DNA from: Seison nebaliae
Lineage: Eukaryota
Direction of reading: 5' to 3'
Length of the DNA: 38,746 nucleotides
Assembly (NCBI GenBank): GCA_023231475.1
Contig: JALJEE010001366.1
Span: 1-38,746 of the forward strand
Within the stretch, counting starts at the first letter, position 1; every line of letters begins with the position of its first letter. A model generated the notes under the pieces. That model did not search any database, was not told the DNA's origin, and saw only the letters and a program-made list of their open reading frames with translations. Positions 10,990-24,100 of the stretch are shown in pieces. The position numbers and the translations under genes were made by a program.

Positions 10990-13906
10990 TCACACAAATA
11001 GAAAATGTACCGCTAATTAATGGAGGACTGCTATGATTCATAGTCTTTGAAATTTTTCATTTTTTTTATTATCGGCATTTTCGTTGAAATTTATATCTTA
11101 CTTCCCTTATTCTCCCACATTTCATTTATGACTGCTATATTTTGATGAAAGATTGACATTTACTTAAAAATGAAAATTAGTGAAAGACGTATATATTGAA
11201 TAATCCGGTTGGCTCTTATTATGATCTCTCTATGAATCTCCAACACATATTCGAACATTGATATGGGAATATTCATTTCAATTTCGATTTGATGAATGTC
11301 CGAGTAACGTCTATTAAAGTTACTTTCATTACATTGATTTGTTTATCAAAATTCAGTGGATTGATTCAAGTATTAGATATTAAATAATAAATGAAACGTT
11401 TCTATATTTGTGAGTTCTTTGAAATAAAGATTTATTGGATTGGACGTAAATAATTCTATAAAATATCGGAGGGGAAAAATCGAAGATCTCTACGCATTGA
11501 GATAACAATTAAGAAGTAGAAGGAGATTAAATTGAGTTCATTAATTAGGCGATTTAGAATGGGAAATTGAATGTAATTATTGAATGTAATTTGAAATTAA
11601 TAAGAATAATTTGTTTTTAATTATTGTGACGATTGTTTATGAAGATGTCAGAATTGAAATTGGAAAAGAGAAGTTGTTGTTGCATAAGATGTTGTTCATT
11701 CATTAATCAAATGGAGAAGGGGAAATGAATGAGGTAATGATAAAACATGAATAATTCATTAAGATCATACTTTAGGAAATTGGTGATGAGAAGATTGACC
11801 AGAACTTTCCATATTGATACATTAGGGGATTTATTAAAGTTAGTGCATTTATCTCATCTGACATCGATATAAATTGAAGATGTGAAATGGAAGTAATCAA
11901 AAGGAGAAGATGAGAGGAGAAAGTAATAAAGAAGAAGATGAAGGATATGAATGTGATGTGCAGGAAATATACAGAAGCACAACGTCGTCATGAGTTCTTT
12001 CTTTTTCAGTCGTCGACGATATTGGGTAATTTAATCAGATAAATATTAGGAATATTGTGTGAATGGAAAGAGGAATGGTATCATTCTCAATTGGAGAAGA
12101 CAATGATGATTATTTTGGTAATATGATTGAAATGATGATTACTATGTGAAAATTGAGAATGGCGACGTCTTATTCTTTAATCAGGGAATCATCATCACAG
12201 AACTTTACCCAGAACGATGAAATTTCACGACGAAGTACAGGCAAGAACAATAGGAAATGATAAGGATGGTAGCTCTCAATGGACATCGATTATTGCTTTG
12301 ATTATTCGCATCTTAATTTCAGAAGGAATTCGGATCGTCCTTCAATGATGTTCATATTCTTCTCTCGCATCCCTCCCCTCTCCTATCATTAGCATGATAC
12401 AATAAGATGAATGCCTGCTAGTCAATAGAGTGAATAGGTTGAGCTTAAAACAGCACAAGAGACGAACAGAAGAGGAAAAATATGAAGAAATTCGGAATTA
12501 TATTCTCCTGAATTTGGATCGGCACTCTTCTGCATTTCCTATACAATGCCACCAAATTCCATATAGCAATAATTGAGGATTACTATTAATAGGACGACGA
12601 AGAACGACTTATCTGCAATTTCACCAAATGAGAGTTAGTTGCGAGAGATAATGAGAGAAATTGGAGTGTTTTCTAATTTAGGTGAAGAATGGACGAAGTT
12701 GGCCCACTTCTTCAAAAACATCATCCAATGAACACCGATACCGGTGTCAAAACAGATTTGATGACGTTATCGTGTATGTTGCACATTCTTTGTAATGACA
12801 CGGTGTTCGCTATTTGTTATGATGAAAGAGTGAATGGGAGGAAGAAAAGAAGGAATATGAAATAATATAACATCACAGGATTCACTCCGTTATCGACTTA
12901 CAAATTATAAGTCGTCGATATCGCATTGGTGAGAGAAGTCACGATTCGATTTCGCGTTTTATTTATAAGAAAGTAAGAAATTAGCCAGCGACGGCTTCCT
13001 ATATTATTTCCTTTCTGATCTACTAAACATTTTTTTTTTCATTTGCTTCCTTCCTGATCGTTGAACTGAAGTATTATTTCGAACTAAATTTCATAATATT
13101 TTCTGTTTCAACTTTGTTCGTGTTTTGGAAGTTTAATTATAATATTTTTTTCTCCTTTCCAATTTCTGCTGAAAGGAAGGAAAGAATTTTTACTCCTTTT
13201 ATGCATGTTCCATTCTTTCGACTCTAGTAAGTCAAATTGCCTACTACTCGCACTACCCATATGAATTGTATGTGTATGTGTGTGTATATGAGAAAAAAAA
13301 CGTATAAAATATAGCCCGTATCTATTGAAGACGAGAAGAATGATTAGTTCGATCGTAGTAGAAAAAGGTGAAATAATAAATTGAAATAAATTGAATAAGA
13401 AAAGAAATTTCTTGCATGAACCATCTACGCTCGCCAACTAGATAATATGAAAAGTAACAACATCAACATTACGTAGATATTACATAACACTTAAGTATAC
13501 AAGTCATCTAAAATGATCCATTTGTACATAGGAGAACATCGACATACCACTCGGTGAGAAAGGAGAGAAGGAGGTAGGTAGGGAGATATCTCTACAAATC
13601 GAAACATGTAGAGTAGATGGAATAGAAATTGAACATGTTTTCCGTTTGAAATGAAATTATATGTTTATTCTTGTGCACTAGTTTACTCAATCAATTATAT
13701 TCAGCTATTTGGATATGATGAATTAGTTAGTTTTCTTTTCCTTCCTCTTACACTTCTATTTTCCTAAAAAGATCCTCTTCTAATAACAACATCGACATTG
13801 ATCAACCGATACTCCATCAAACGATTGTCCGACTGATGCAACATGTTATTATTATTTGATGTTGGGGTTTTCCTCATCCAAAATACGTCCTACTTGTCAG
13901 GTTTTA

Positions 13907-14254
13907 GGACTGGAGGACAGTTCTGCATCTTTATGAGTTATACTTCCAGCTAAAAGAAAAATGGACAGATTTATTTTTTTTTTGAAAAATTCGGGCAGTT
14001 CTCTTACTTCTTATGTTATTAAAAATTATGAACTGTTCTCTTTCTCCAGATTTTATTGTTTTCTATTGTTACATACCAATATTTATCTTATGTAATTACT
14101 ATTGAATATCAAGAAAAAAGAAGGAGCAGAATTATCGGAGTTTTTTGGAGGAATTAGTAAAATTGGCCGAATTGTTTGAAGGGAGAAATAAATCTGTCCG
14201 TTTTTCCACATTAGGAAGTAGAAATTTTGTAGAAGTTGAACTGTCCGAGTACCC
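13907..14254. mobile_element. Degenerate MITE of about 350 bp related to the MULE above
   Basis: Inverted arms of about 100 bp share GGACAGTTC..TACTTCC..GAAAAA(C/T)GGACAGATTTATTT..AATTCGG. The right end GAACTGTCCGAGTACCC resembles the MULE end ATCTGTCCGGTTACCC. Left end and TSD are unclear. Confidence 0.65.
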
Positions 14255-16347
14255 CCAATGGACATCTGATAACAATTATGTAACATTTGGTCAAAATAAG
14301 AATATTGAGTGCACTCTTATACTTGTTTTCAATCATTACATTTTCACAATGTTTTCTTGTTAATTATCATTCTCTGGTCTATTAACACTAACTATAAGTT
14401 AAAGAATGACCTTTCATTTTATCAAACAAATATTAAGGAATTTATTAGAGAAGTTTAGAAATTTTCCGAGTAATTTTCGAATGGAAATTCCGTATTAATG
14501 TTTCCCTTCCATTGCAGTGTTTAATTTCAGAGTAAAATTGTCAGGATTAGAGAGAGGTTGGGTGTCTCAATCAACATACGAACAACAATAACTATTTTAC
14601 GATATAATTTCCGATGATTTCGAAGGAACAAAAATTATTTTAAAATTTCTTTCTTAATTCTGATGAGATATGGGACACCATTCACCTGATTTATAATCAG
14701 GGTCGAACCTTTTGCGTTTTCGTAATTAAATTCCGTTCTATGAAATCTCCCACATCCATTTCCTTTTCGATTATGTAAGATAATATGAGAAGAATTATGT
14801 ATGATACATGTCACTTTTCCCAATTGTAATAAGTTTAGACAAATGAATTATGAAAATAAAGTACAATGTGACATTTTGGGGGGTATAGAAGGGAATGATG
14901 AATGATAAAAATTCTGGACGGAAAAAGAATAAAAGTAAACGAATCTCGGTCATTCCATGACATTGGAAGACAAATTTAATTTAATTTCAATTTCAATTCG
15001 ACATAGGCACAATTAATAATTACTTTGCACTAATTTACAATTATGCACATTCATTCTATTACTTATTGATGAGATAAGGTAATTCGAATGGATATCGACG
15101 TAAATTTATGATATCGATGAATGATATTTCATTTGTTCATGGGAGCAACATTTTAGAAGTATCAATTCATCGATATATTCATCGAATGAAACGAAATGAA
15201 ACAATACAGATATTATAATGCGGAGGTGGTGTGAATGAGTGATATATATATAGAGGGAGAGAGTTGCTTCATATCAGAAAAAAGTTATCGGTAGAAAATA
15301 GATGAGAAAATCTTTGGTCGATTGACAGTTCTCCTATACGATCTTTCGTCCCCAGACCATTCTTCATTGGGATTTGAAAGTTTTCCGACATTTAGCACGA
15401 CTATGATTATGGGAAATAGAATAGGAGAAAGATGGAGACAATAGTGAATAGAAGGTGAATAGGAGGTGGAGATAGGTAGGAATGAGAAGTCGTCTTGGGA
15501 AAGACAATAGAGATTGGGAGTTGTGTCAACGGAGAGAAGTGTCAATGACCACAGATAACAGTAACATTAATACTTCCCCAACATCAATTGTCAAATGGTA
15601 ATTGTCAATTGGAGAATGACAGCGGACGAACAATATGCAAGCACACTCTTCTTGTCATCATGATATGGGAAAGGAGAAAAAAGGAATTTCCAATTTCCAC
15701 TTGATCATCCAATCGATCAAAATATTCCATGTCGAAAGAAAATAATAAACTCGCTTTCATTTCGAAACTTTACATTTCTTCTCCTCTCATCATTGTGAGA
15801 GAGAAGTGCTGCTTCAATCTCCCGAATGGATCGTTTCATCATCCTGATTTTCATGGTGCCCGTTTTCGTGTAATTAAAAGATAATATCATGTAATAATAA
15901 CAATACTTGTGACATATCAATTTGTTCATGAAAACGAAAGGAAAACGATTGTAAAACTCTCTCTGACATGAAATGATGGAAAAAAAAATATCATCGAAAA
16001 CGGATTCGACTAAGAATTCTTTCTTTCAATTAAACATCGTCAATGAGAGTTCTCTACTCAACTTCAGTAATTTAGTTTAATGTTATATTAAATATAGATA
16101 TAATATGCGCCGCATATGACGAGTCGACATGTGTTAGAGAACGTGCATGTTTGGAGTCGATTACAAAATAATATTATGTAATGTTATATCACGTCAAATT
16201 ATATTAATAGCAGTAGAACATGCTGCAAATGGAGATCTGTATGTGAAGAATTCTTCATTCTTTCTTTTTCATATATATCATTCAAACCAATAACGACCCG
16301 AACCTCTCTCCTCATATCAATTCGACTCGTCTACGACATTCAACAAT

Positions 16348-16397
16348 ATCATCATCATCATCATCATCATCATAATCATAATCATAATCATAATCAT
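16348..16397. repeat. (CAT)n microsatellite grading into (CATAAT)n
   Basis: Read directly from the sequence. Confidence 0.9.
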
Positions 16398-18141
16398 GAA
16401 CAACATCCTCATTATTACTACGAGTAGGAGTAGCATAGACAGATAAATTGCTCAAATATAATTATATATTCATTAGTCCTGTTATTTATGTGGTTCATAT
16501 TCGGTGATCTGTGTACGTAGAGGAGAATTTCTTTTGGTGAAGGGGAGTAAAAGAATGTTAATTATCCGAATACCTTCTTCGCTACCCCTTCTCCGTACGA
16601 TGTGATTTATTTATCCATTTTTACGATTTTCACCATCGAAACATAATTAATTGTGATTAGGAAGAAATGATTGAACTAATTTGTGAAATACTTGAAAATT
16701 TATCAGTTCCTACACATCCGCTTCCTCCCCTTATCATCTTCCTCTTCTGTCTTCCATTCCTGACTTGATTCCTGAACATGAGATTTTCATACGCGAATAT
16801 AAGGCAGCGAGGTGTTCTATGCGTCACAATTTGTCTATCCTGACGGGGAGGGTGTCGAACCGAATTATGAAAATTCATTTGGTAATTGCAGACGAATTCG
16901 TTAGGAGAGAAATATATTCGTCATTTCTTCATTCTGCTTATAAATACGTAATATAGTGTAAATATTGGTCATGAATAATAGAGTAGAAGACGATAAAATT
17001 GATAAAATTTACCGATTAATCGAATAAATTATTTTTGAAAAAAAAAATATGAAAAAAACATTCCTTCATTTATTCCGTTCCTCTTCCTCATCCCATTGGC
17101 AGCACAAAGAATTGTGTGGATGGTGGAACGGAAATAAATATTAAACGAAAATTTCTTGAATGAAACTGATAGATGAACGGAATGGATGATTGAATCGACG
17201 AATATATTTAGTAATCATTTGGATAGATATTCCAATAATCAGCAATCATTTAGCGGATGTATGAGTTCATCTATGTCTCATACGAGCATGTATATTGAAG
17301 TGCATATAAATTCTAATTTATGTAATTGGTAAATGGAGAAATTGCATTTGAAGAATCACTGAGAGAAAAAAAAATGGTAAATCTTACGAATTATGACTTA
17401 TCATTAGTTGACTGATAATTCCCAACAAATTGAAGTGTTCATGTAAAATTATTGTTCCATAAATAATTACGAAAAAATCATTCTTCCTTCACTACTACTT
17501 CACGTATTCATATCATTAATATCTTCCCCGGATAGATTCGAATAAAAATTATTTCTCAAAAAAATTTCTTCCGTACCTCCAAAAAAATCTTCGAAGGAGA
17601 TCTAATGGAATGGAATGAAATACCGTCTTCAATCGTGGTAATAAATTGAAGGAATTTCAAATAGAAAAAAAATTGAAAGGATTCTTTTTGGATGTCGACT
17701 CACAGAAATGAATTTCCTTCTAATTCAATCGATTAGCGAGTGTTGGCAATTTCGTCTATTTGCTTAACATCGGAAAGATTATAAGTTTGTTGGATTGAAC
17801 TTCATTTTATGTTAAAGAATTTCTTTTTTTTTCATAAGAAAACTTCCTATCGAGATATTGAGTCTCGAACAAATTGATTTAACTTTCTTTCATTTTCCTT
17901 CATGTTTTTCAATAGTGATGGATGGAATTCATTATTTCCATATATTTATTAGGTGAAGAAAAAAGTTGGAAAGTGTACGAGTGAATGAAATTATTATTGA
18001 ATAATTAGTTAATTCATTTATTATGAGATACCATATTAGAGGTGGGGAAGGCCATGACGAGTAACATCATAAGAATGAAGAGACAAATATCAATCATTAT
18101 CACATAATTATCTAATTTTTCTTTCTTTTTTTATCTTTCTA

Positions 18142-21100
18142 ATGACAATATTGAAGACGAATCAGTCGACTCTCATGACAAAAGAGAAAGTCGAAGTAGA
18201 GTCCAATATGAAAACGGCCAGACCAATACCGGTAACATCTTCCTCTCCCTCGTCATCAACATCGAGGAAATTCTTATTTTCGTCGTCGGTGAGTGGGAAG
18301 CGGAATGTGGACGAAACGAAAAGGAATACCTCGGAAGATATAGTGATTGCCGTCAGCTCTTCCATCACAACCACCACCGCTTCAACCGTCACTACTACCA
18401 CCGCGTTCTCCTCGAATTGTTCGAGTAAAATGGCCGTCATCGAAAATCAGATGAAAGTGAACAGCAATTACAAGAATCATATAAAACGAAACTCGAATGA
18501 AGGTAAGACAACATCATTCCGTACAAGTCGAATTATTTCTTTAGCAGGTTTGAATCGATTCTCCTTTAACGTACAAAACATTATCCTTCTTTCACAATCC
18601 AGGTAACTCCCCAGCCGTATCTGCAACCAAAAGTCGATTTAATCGACAAAGTTTCAGGTTTTTCATTTGTTTATCTTTCTTTCTTCTGTTTTCTTCTTCC
18701 TCTATCTAAAATAATCTGCATTTCTTCTTCATCAATTATCTAATAATTCTTCCATTTCGTCATATTATTTGTTTTATTATTTGAGAAGTTTTGATGGAAA
18801 CTTCCACGATTGTGGAAGATTTTATGAAAAAAATATAAATTATATTGTCTGGATAACTATCGTTCGATTGCGACATTGTTGAAGTGAAGATTTCCATTAA
18901 TCAGAAAACTAACTACAAATTGCTGTCGATTTTGAAACAGGTCGAATAAATGATGATGATGAAATGATGCGTTTTTTGAAAGTTTATAAATAGTTGATTG
19001 AAATACACTAAATAAATAATAGTTAAATGATTCGATTGAGTATTGAGATGGGGATGGGTAGACTGCATGCTTATCTAGTAGACGGGATACTTTACCAGGC
19101 ACCATATTTGGTGGTCTTCTCTTGCCTTTTCCTTTCTCCTCATCTTCAACCTTCTTCTTCTCATATATATCTGATTCGTTATGATTCTTATTAGTTTCAT
19201 CTCAATTTTTCTATTTCATCGTCTTCTCATGTAAACCGGCTAATCTATTAGCACACATGTCAATGATGTTCTCATCGAAAAATGATTTTTACATCATTTT
19301 TCTTATTTTTTTTTTCATGCAATCACATAACATTCTTCGTTTCTTCTTCGCTGCATGTTTCGAGAAAATGGAAAAGAAATTATTCTTCGTTTTTTTTTTC
19401 CTTCTTTTTTATCTATTCCATTTTTTTTAACTCATACAATTCGTATGACGGATAATGTTCATTTTAAATTGGTTCGAATTTTTTTTATTGATAATTTTCC
19501 TTTTCTTCTTCTCCATCATCATTCATCCATCCCATTCATCGAACGAAGCTGTTCCATTCTCTAACACGATGTTCAACCATTCTCATTTGGGAGAAAAAGA
19601 GGAGAAATGTTTAATCCTATTACTCTCTCAATCGAACTGACCAGAATCACTTCGTCATCTCGTCCTTCTCATAATACGTATCATTTCGAATGAAATTAGC
19701 AAGAAAAAGAAGAAATGGTCGGTAGTGTACCGTTGTAGATGAGAGGGACTAATCATTTCCTTTCAGATTAAAAATGGTTAAACATAATTCTTTAAAATAA
19801 CATTCATCAAAAATAATGATTAATTTACTAATGATGGAAAAGGAGAAGATTGTTGAAAGTTCCCTCCAACATGAGAGTGCAGCAAGTGAGAGAAGTGTAT
19901 GATCCTTCATGTGCTCCCCTCACATAATTCAGAGATAATCTTATCGGTTCTTAAACCAAATTTCCAATTGTATATGATGGGAAAATCGTCAATATATCCT
20001 TAAGAGCCAGAGGCACATTTCTTAATATATCCTTAAATGGTATACGTGACATTCTGTCCGTATGAACAGGTCGATCGACGTGCATAGAAATAGGAGGATG
20101 GATTTGGTTTGTTGGTGATGATGACGATGACGACAACGACGATGATGATGATTTATAAAAAAAAAAATTTTATTTTCTTCCTTGAAAAGAAGGAAAAACA
20201 AGAAAGTAACTGTCACAAATGATGGTAGAATGATTTGAGAGATGTGGAATAGCATAGCGCATTGACATATTCATTCTCGTCTTTCCTACCAACATTAGAC
20301 GAAGTGATCAGATGAAATTTGATACATTCATGTAAAGTAAATTTGGTCTGTCGTTTGTTAGCGAGACAGATGAATTGGAGGGAGAAGAGTCAAAATATAA
20401 TTTATGTAATTCATCACAATTACAATATGTATTGTTCATTCCGCAACTATCCAATGACATAAATTATAATTTCTCTAATTGTCGTATTGATACTTCATTT
20501 TCGTACCATATTTATCATCGTTGTTGTTGTTGTTGGTTAATAATTGAGAGTATATGATCAGTACCATTCTTATCATCACCATTAACTTAGTAAATGTTCT
20601 ATTCGCCTGACATCCAATTCCATTTCATCCATGTCTATTTACATCACCATCATTCTTCTTCTTCTACACAATAACAACATCAGTAACATTATCATCGTCA
20701 TTATAAGGATGATAATGATCACATCATTCGATTTCCAATTGATTTCATAATGCAATTGCCGATTGAATAATCATCAGCACAGTCAATTGGAGAATGACGT
20801 AAGAAAGATGTACAGCGATTGTCGAGTAGAATATGGAAAAGAACTACGATCTCTGCAATCCTCTCCTTTCTATATCTCCATCTGTATGAGAAGAAGGAGA
20901 AGAAAATGCCTGACAGAAATCTTTTTATCGATCTTCATCCAAATCATGACTCTCCAAACCGAAACACAGAACTATATATCTCCTTCTATATGATGAGGTC
21001 AAATAAATCAATTAGATCATATACAACCATCGCCATTGTCATTGGGAGTAGGAGGGAGGAGGGAATGTCTAATGGATAAGGATACTCTCCAACTGATCCA

Positions 21101-24100
21101 TCTATCGCTCGACAATCGTTCGACCGTTCCATCACTCATTTCCAATAAACAAATTCAGATTTATTTCAAATCTCTTCAACGTTCTTCCCAATTGTCACAA
21201 TCAAAAATTTCTTCAAGATTCAATTATTCGTCTTCTTTAAAAAGAAATTCTTCCATTCAATTTACATATTCCAATACTTCTCTTCCTTGTCACTTCCATC
21301 CTTACACCCAATTACCCGCACAACACTTCCATAAGAGAGTCTTATTGCATTTCTAATGCATAATATGATTATTATCTTATCATATTAGATGATCAGTACT
21401 AGATGTGTAGTTGAGGGGGGAGGCATATTATTTGATAATTATCAAAAAATAAAATAAATTTCTTCCCATCACTTCTTCCCAAGTCGTCACTCACAATGAA
21501 GAAATACAATTATTTATTCAGTCTATCACCATTCTCATCCGTTCAATCGCCACCAACAAATTCTAATTATCATCATCATAACTACGTTTCCTCCATTCCA
21601 CCCATCCATCCATCCATCCATCCATTCATGGAACAACAAAACAACAATTGTTTAGGCTCAATTCTTTGTTTATGAATCGTTTGTGTCTATCCAAAATTTT
21701 AGTGCATAATTCTAAAAAAATATACCTAAATTGTACTGCACCAGAAATACTTCGACATTTTCACGATATTTCGAACAGATCTCAGAATATATTGCACGAT
21801 TTCCTTCATTCAAACCGTTCTCTCTAACATTCAACTATCCTTTAATGTTCTTGTTAATTTTAATGGTGATCAGTTAATTTCCATATATTATTCTCAATTC
21901 AAATCAAGTTTCTCAACTATTTTTAGTTGTAAATCCTTAAAGAACTGTTTTACGTTGTTGTTGTTGTCTAGAGAGGTATCGAAACTCCTTGGAGTGTTAA
22001 GATTGGTAACGAAATTTTCTTCATAAAAAAAAACCTTCGAAAATTACGTTCATCATTTCGACTTTTTTCTAAAAAGAAAAATTTCATGAGGGAATTTCAT
22101 TTCGGAAGAAATTTATTCATCGAAATTGCTCCAATTCAATGATTTATTTTAATTCATTTTCTCATGAAATGAGAATTGAATTGAATGGAGGAGGAATTGT
22201 TCGATTGTTATGATATATGTCGTCGTGAGGTTCTGGTGAGGTGAATTGAATAAATAATCAGCTACCACAATTAGATCTCATATCGAATTTAAGTCAACTC
22301 GACTCAAGTTAGTGAAGGGATTTGAGACGATGCATGTGAATTTAATACGATTCTCTTTTTTTTCTGTTGGTCGATATTTTTTATTATGTAATTTTCATTT
22401 GAATATCACATAACAATTGTTAATTACACCCACATATCATCAGTCTGTAGGCGCGCCATAGTTTAAGGAGACTTCCGTCGTTCTTTCGAGGTGGAAAGTT
22501 CGAAGAATAATAGAAAGGAAGGGGGGCGTGTTGTTCTCCCACCAATTTTAAATTAGTGATTAAATTTAAAGAAGGAATCTCGCCATTCAACGAGAATTTT
22601 AAGATGACCATTCATTCCAAATAATTTAATTAATTTGTCTTCAACAGATTCAATCCAATAGCAGATTGGATAGATGATGAAAGATATTGTACATCATTCA
22701 TCATCGCAGTATTGATGGAGGAAGATAATGGAAATTGTTTGTTAATAGTAGCCGATGTTGCTGATGATGAAGCAAATGCAATTATTTTTACAGATTCCAA
22801 TCATTCTCACACATCAAATGGAAGAGAATATTCTCAATTATTATACACACTCGCCACCCTTCTCTCCACATCTCCGTCGTAGAGAACGAGCGAAGTGGAA
22901 AAGAAAAGAAGGATCCATTTAAAACAGGATGGCAAATAGAATTCGAAAAATGGATGGATTGATAGATTAGGAGATGAGATAGAGAAGAAATTTCTCGTTA
23001 TTTATCTCGAATGGAATGGACCGACATCTACACATATCAATATCCGTCTTATTCCCAATGTTTATTGGATTTCATACTTCTCTTTTCTCCACCAGACAAA
23101 TATCCACAAACATCACTACAACGTTCACGGACATTAGTCTCCGCGACGATTGAACAACTGAACCTTCTAATCTTATTCAACTAATTCCATTCGAATTTCC
23201 AGAGTGACATGAGAGAATAAGAAACAAATTATCTTTAATTCATATCGAGGAATGAGTTGAGGATCGAATTAAAAAGACACAGAAATTATGGGGAGGAACG
23301 TGAAGTTGTGGAAGGATTGAGGTTGGAGAAAAAGAGTTCTGACCGGTTATCGAGAGGATACTGATTAGATATTTGTCCGTCACTCGAATCATCCACGATA
23401 AAAATAATATAAGAAATCAACATTTTGTTCACATGTGGCGAGCGTATGGCGTATACTAAGAAGATAATGATGAATGAGGGAAATTGTGAATATTTAATAA
23501 ATTTATTAAACGGGAGACCTCTGCTTGTAGTGGAAGATTTGTTGCATTAATTTTTATGGATGTGAATGTTTGGTCTTATTGTTCTTCGTCTTATTCTTGC
23601 ATGGTGTCACCAGTCTATTTATTAGATGTCTTTTAATTCTCCCAAATGATTTTTTATATGGGGAGTGCGGGGGGAAGGGGGGCGAATGATCGAAACAAGA
23701 ATCGCAGCAATTAATCAGCAGAAGCATTCTCCATCATGTGCAGATTGACATTGGAAAAAACTCAATTTTAGAAGTATATCGGTCCTCTATTTCTTCATTT
23801 CCATTTCTTCTTTTTTTGTCTTTTCTTCTTTATCATTCATTCTTCTATTCTATCTGGCAATAATGTTCCACGACTATCATTCGACGACGGCACAAGTCTT
23901 TCTTTCATTATTATTATTCTAATTAGTTCAAGTCAAAAGGCGTCACAGTTCCATCAATCTTGTTTACAAATAAGTCCTCTAATGTTTTCAAATTGTTCTT
24001 TATGATTGATTGGGGACTGAACTATAATTTAATCAAGTCTTTCTTCATGAATAACAAAACCGAAACATTTCAATTAATTAATTGTTTGATTGATTCATTC

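Noticed and set aside
11001..18100. Scattered ORFs of 60-110 aa
   Set aside because: Low-complexity, no recognisable motifs and no consistent splice chain; a hidden small-exon gene cannot be fully excluded.
23660..23683. G-rich tract, possible G-quadruplex
   Set aside because: Only three separate G-runs, and no supporting context.
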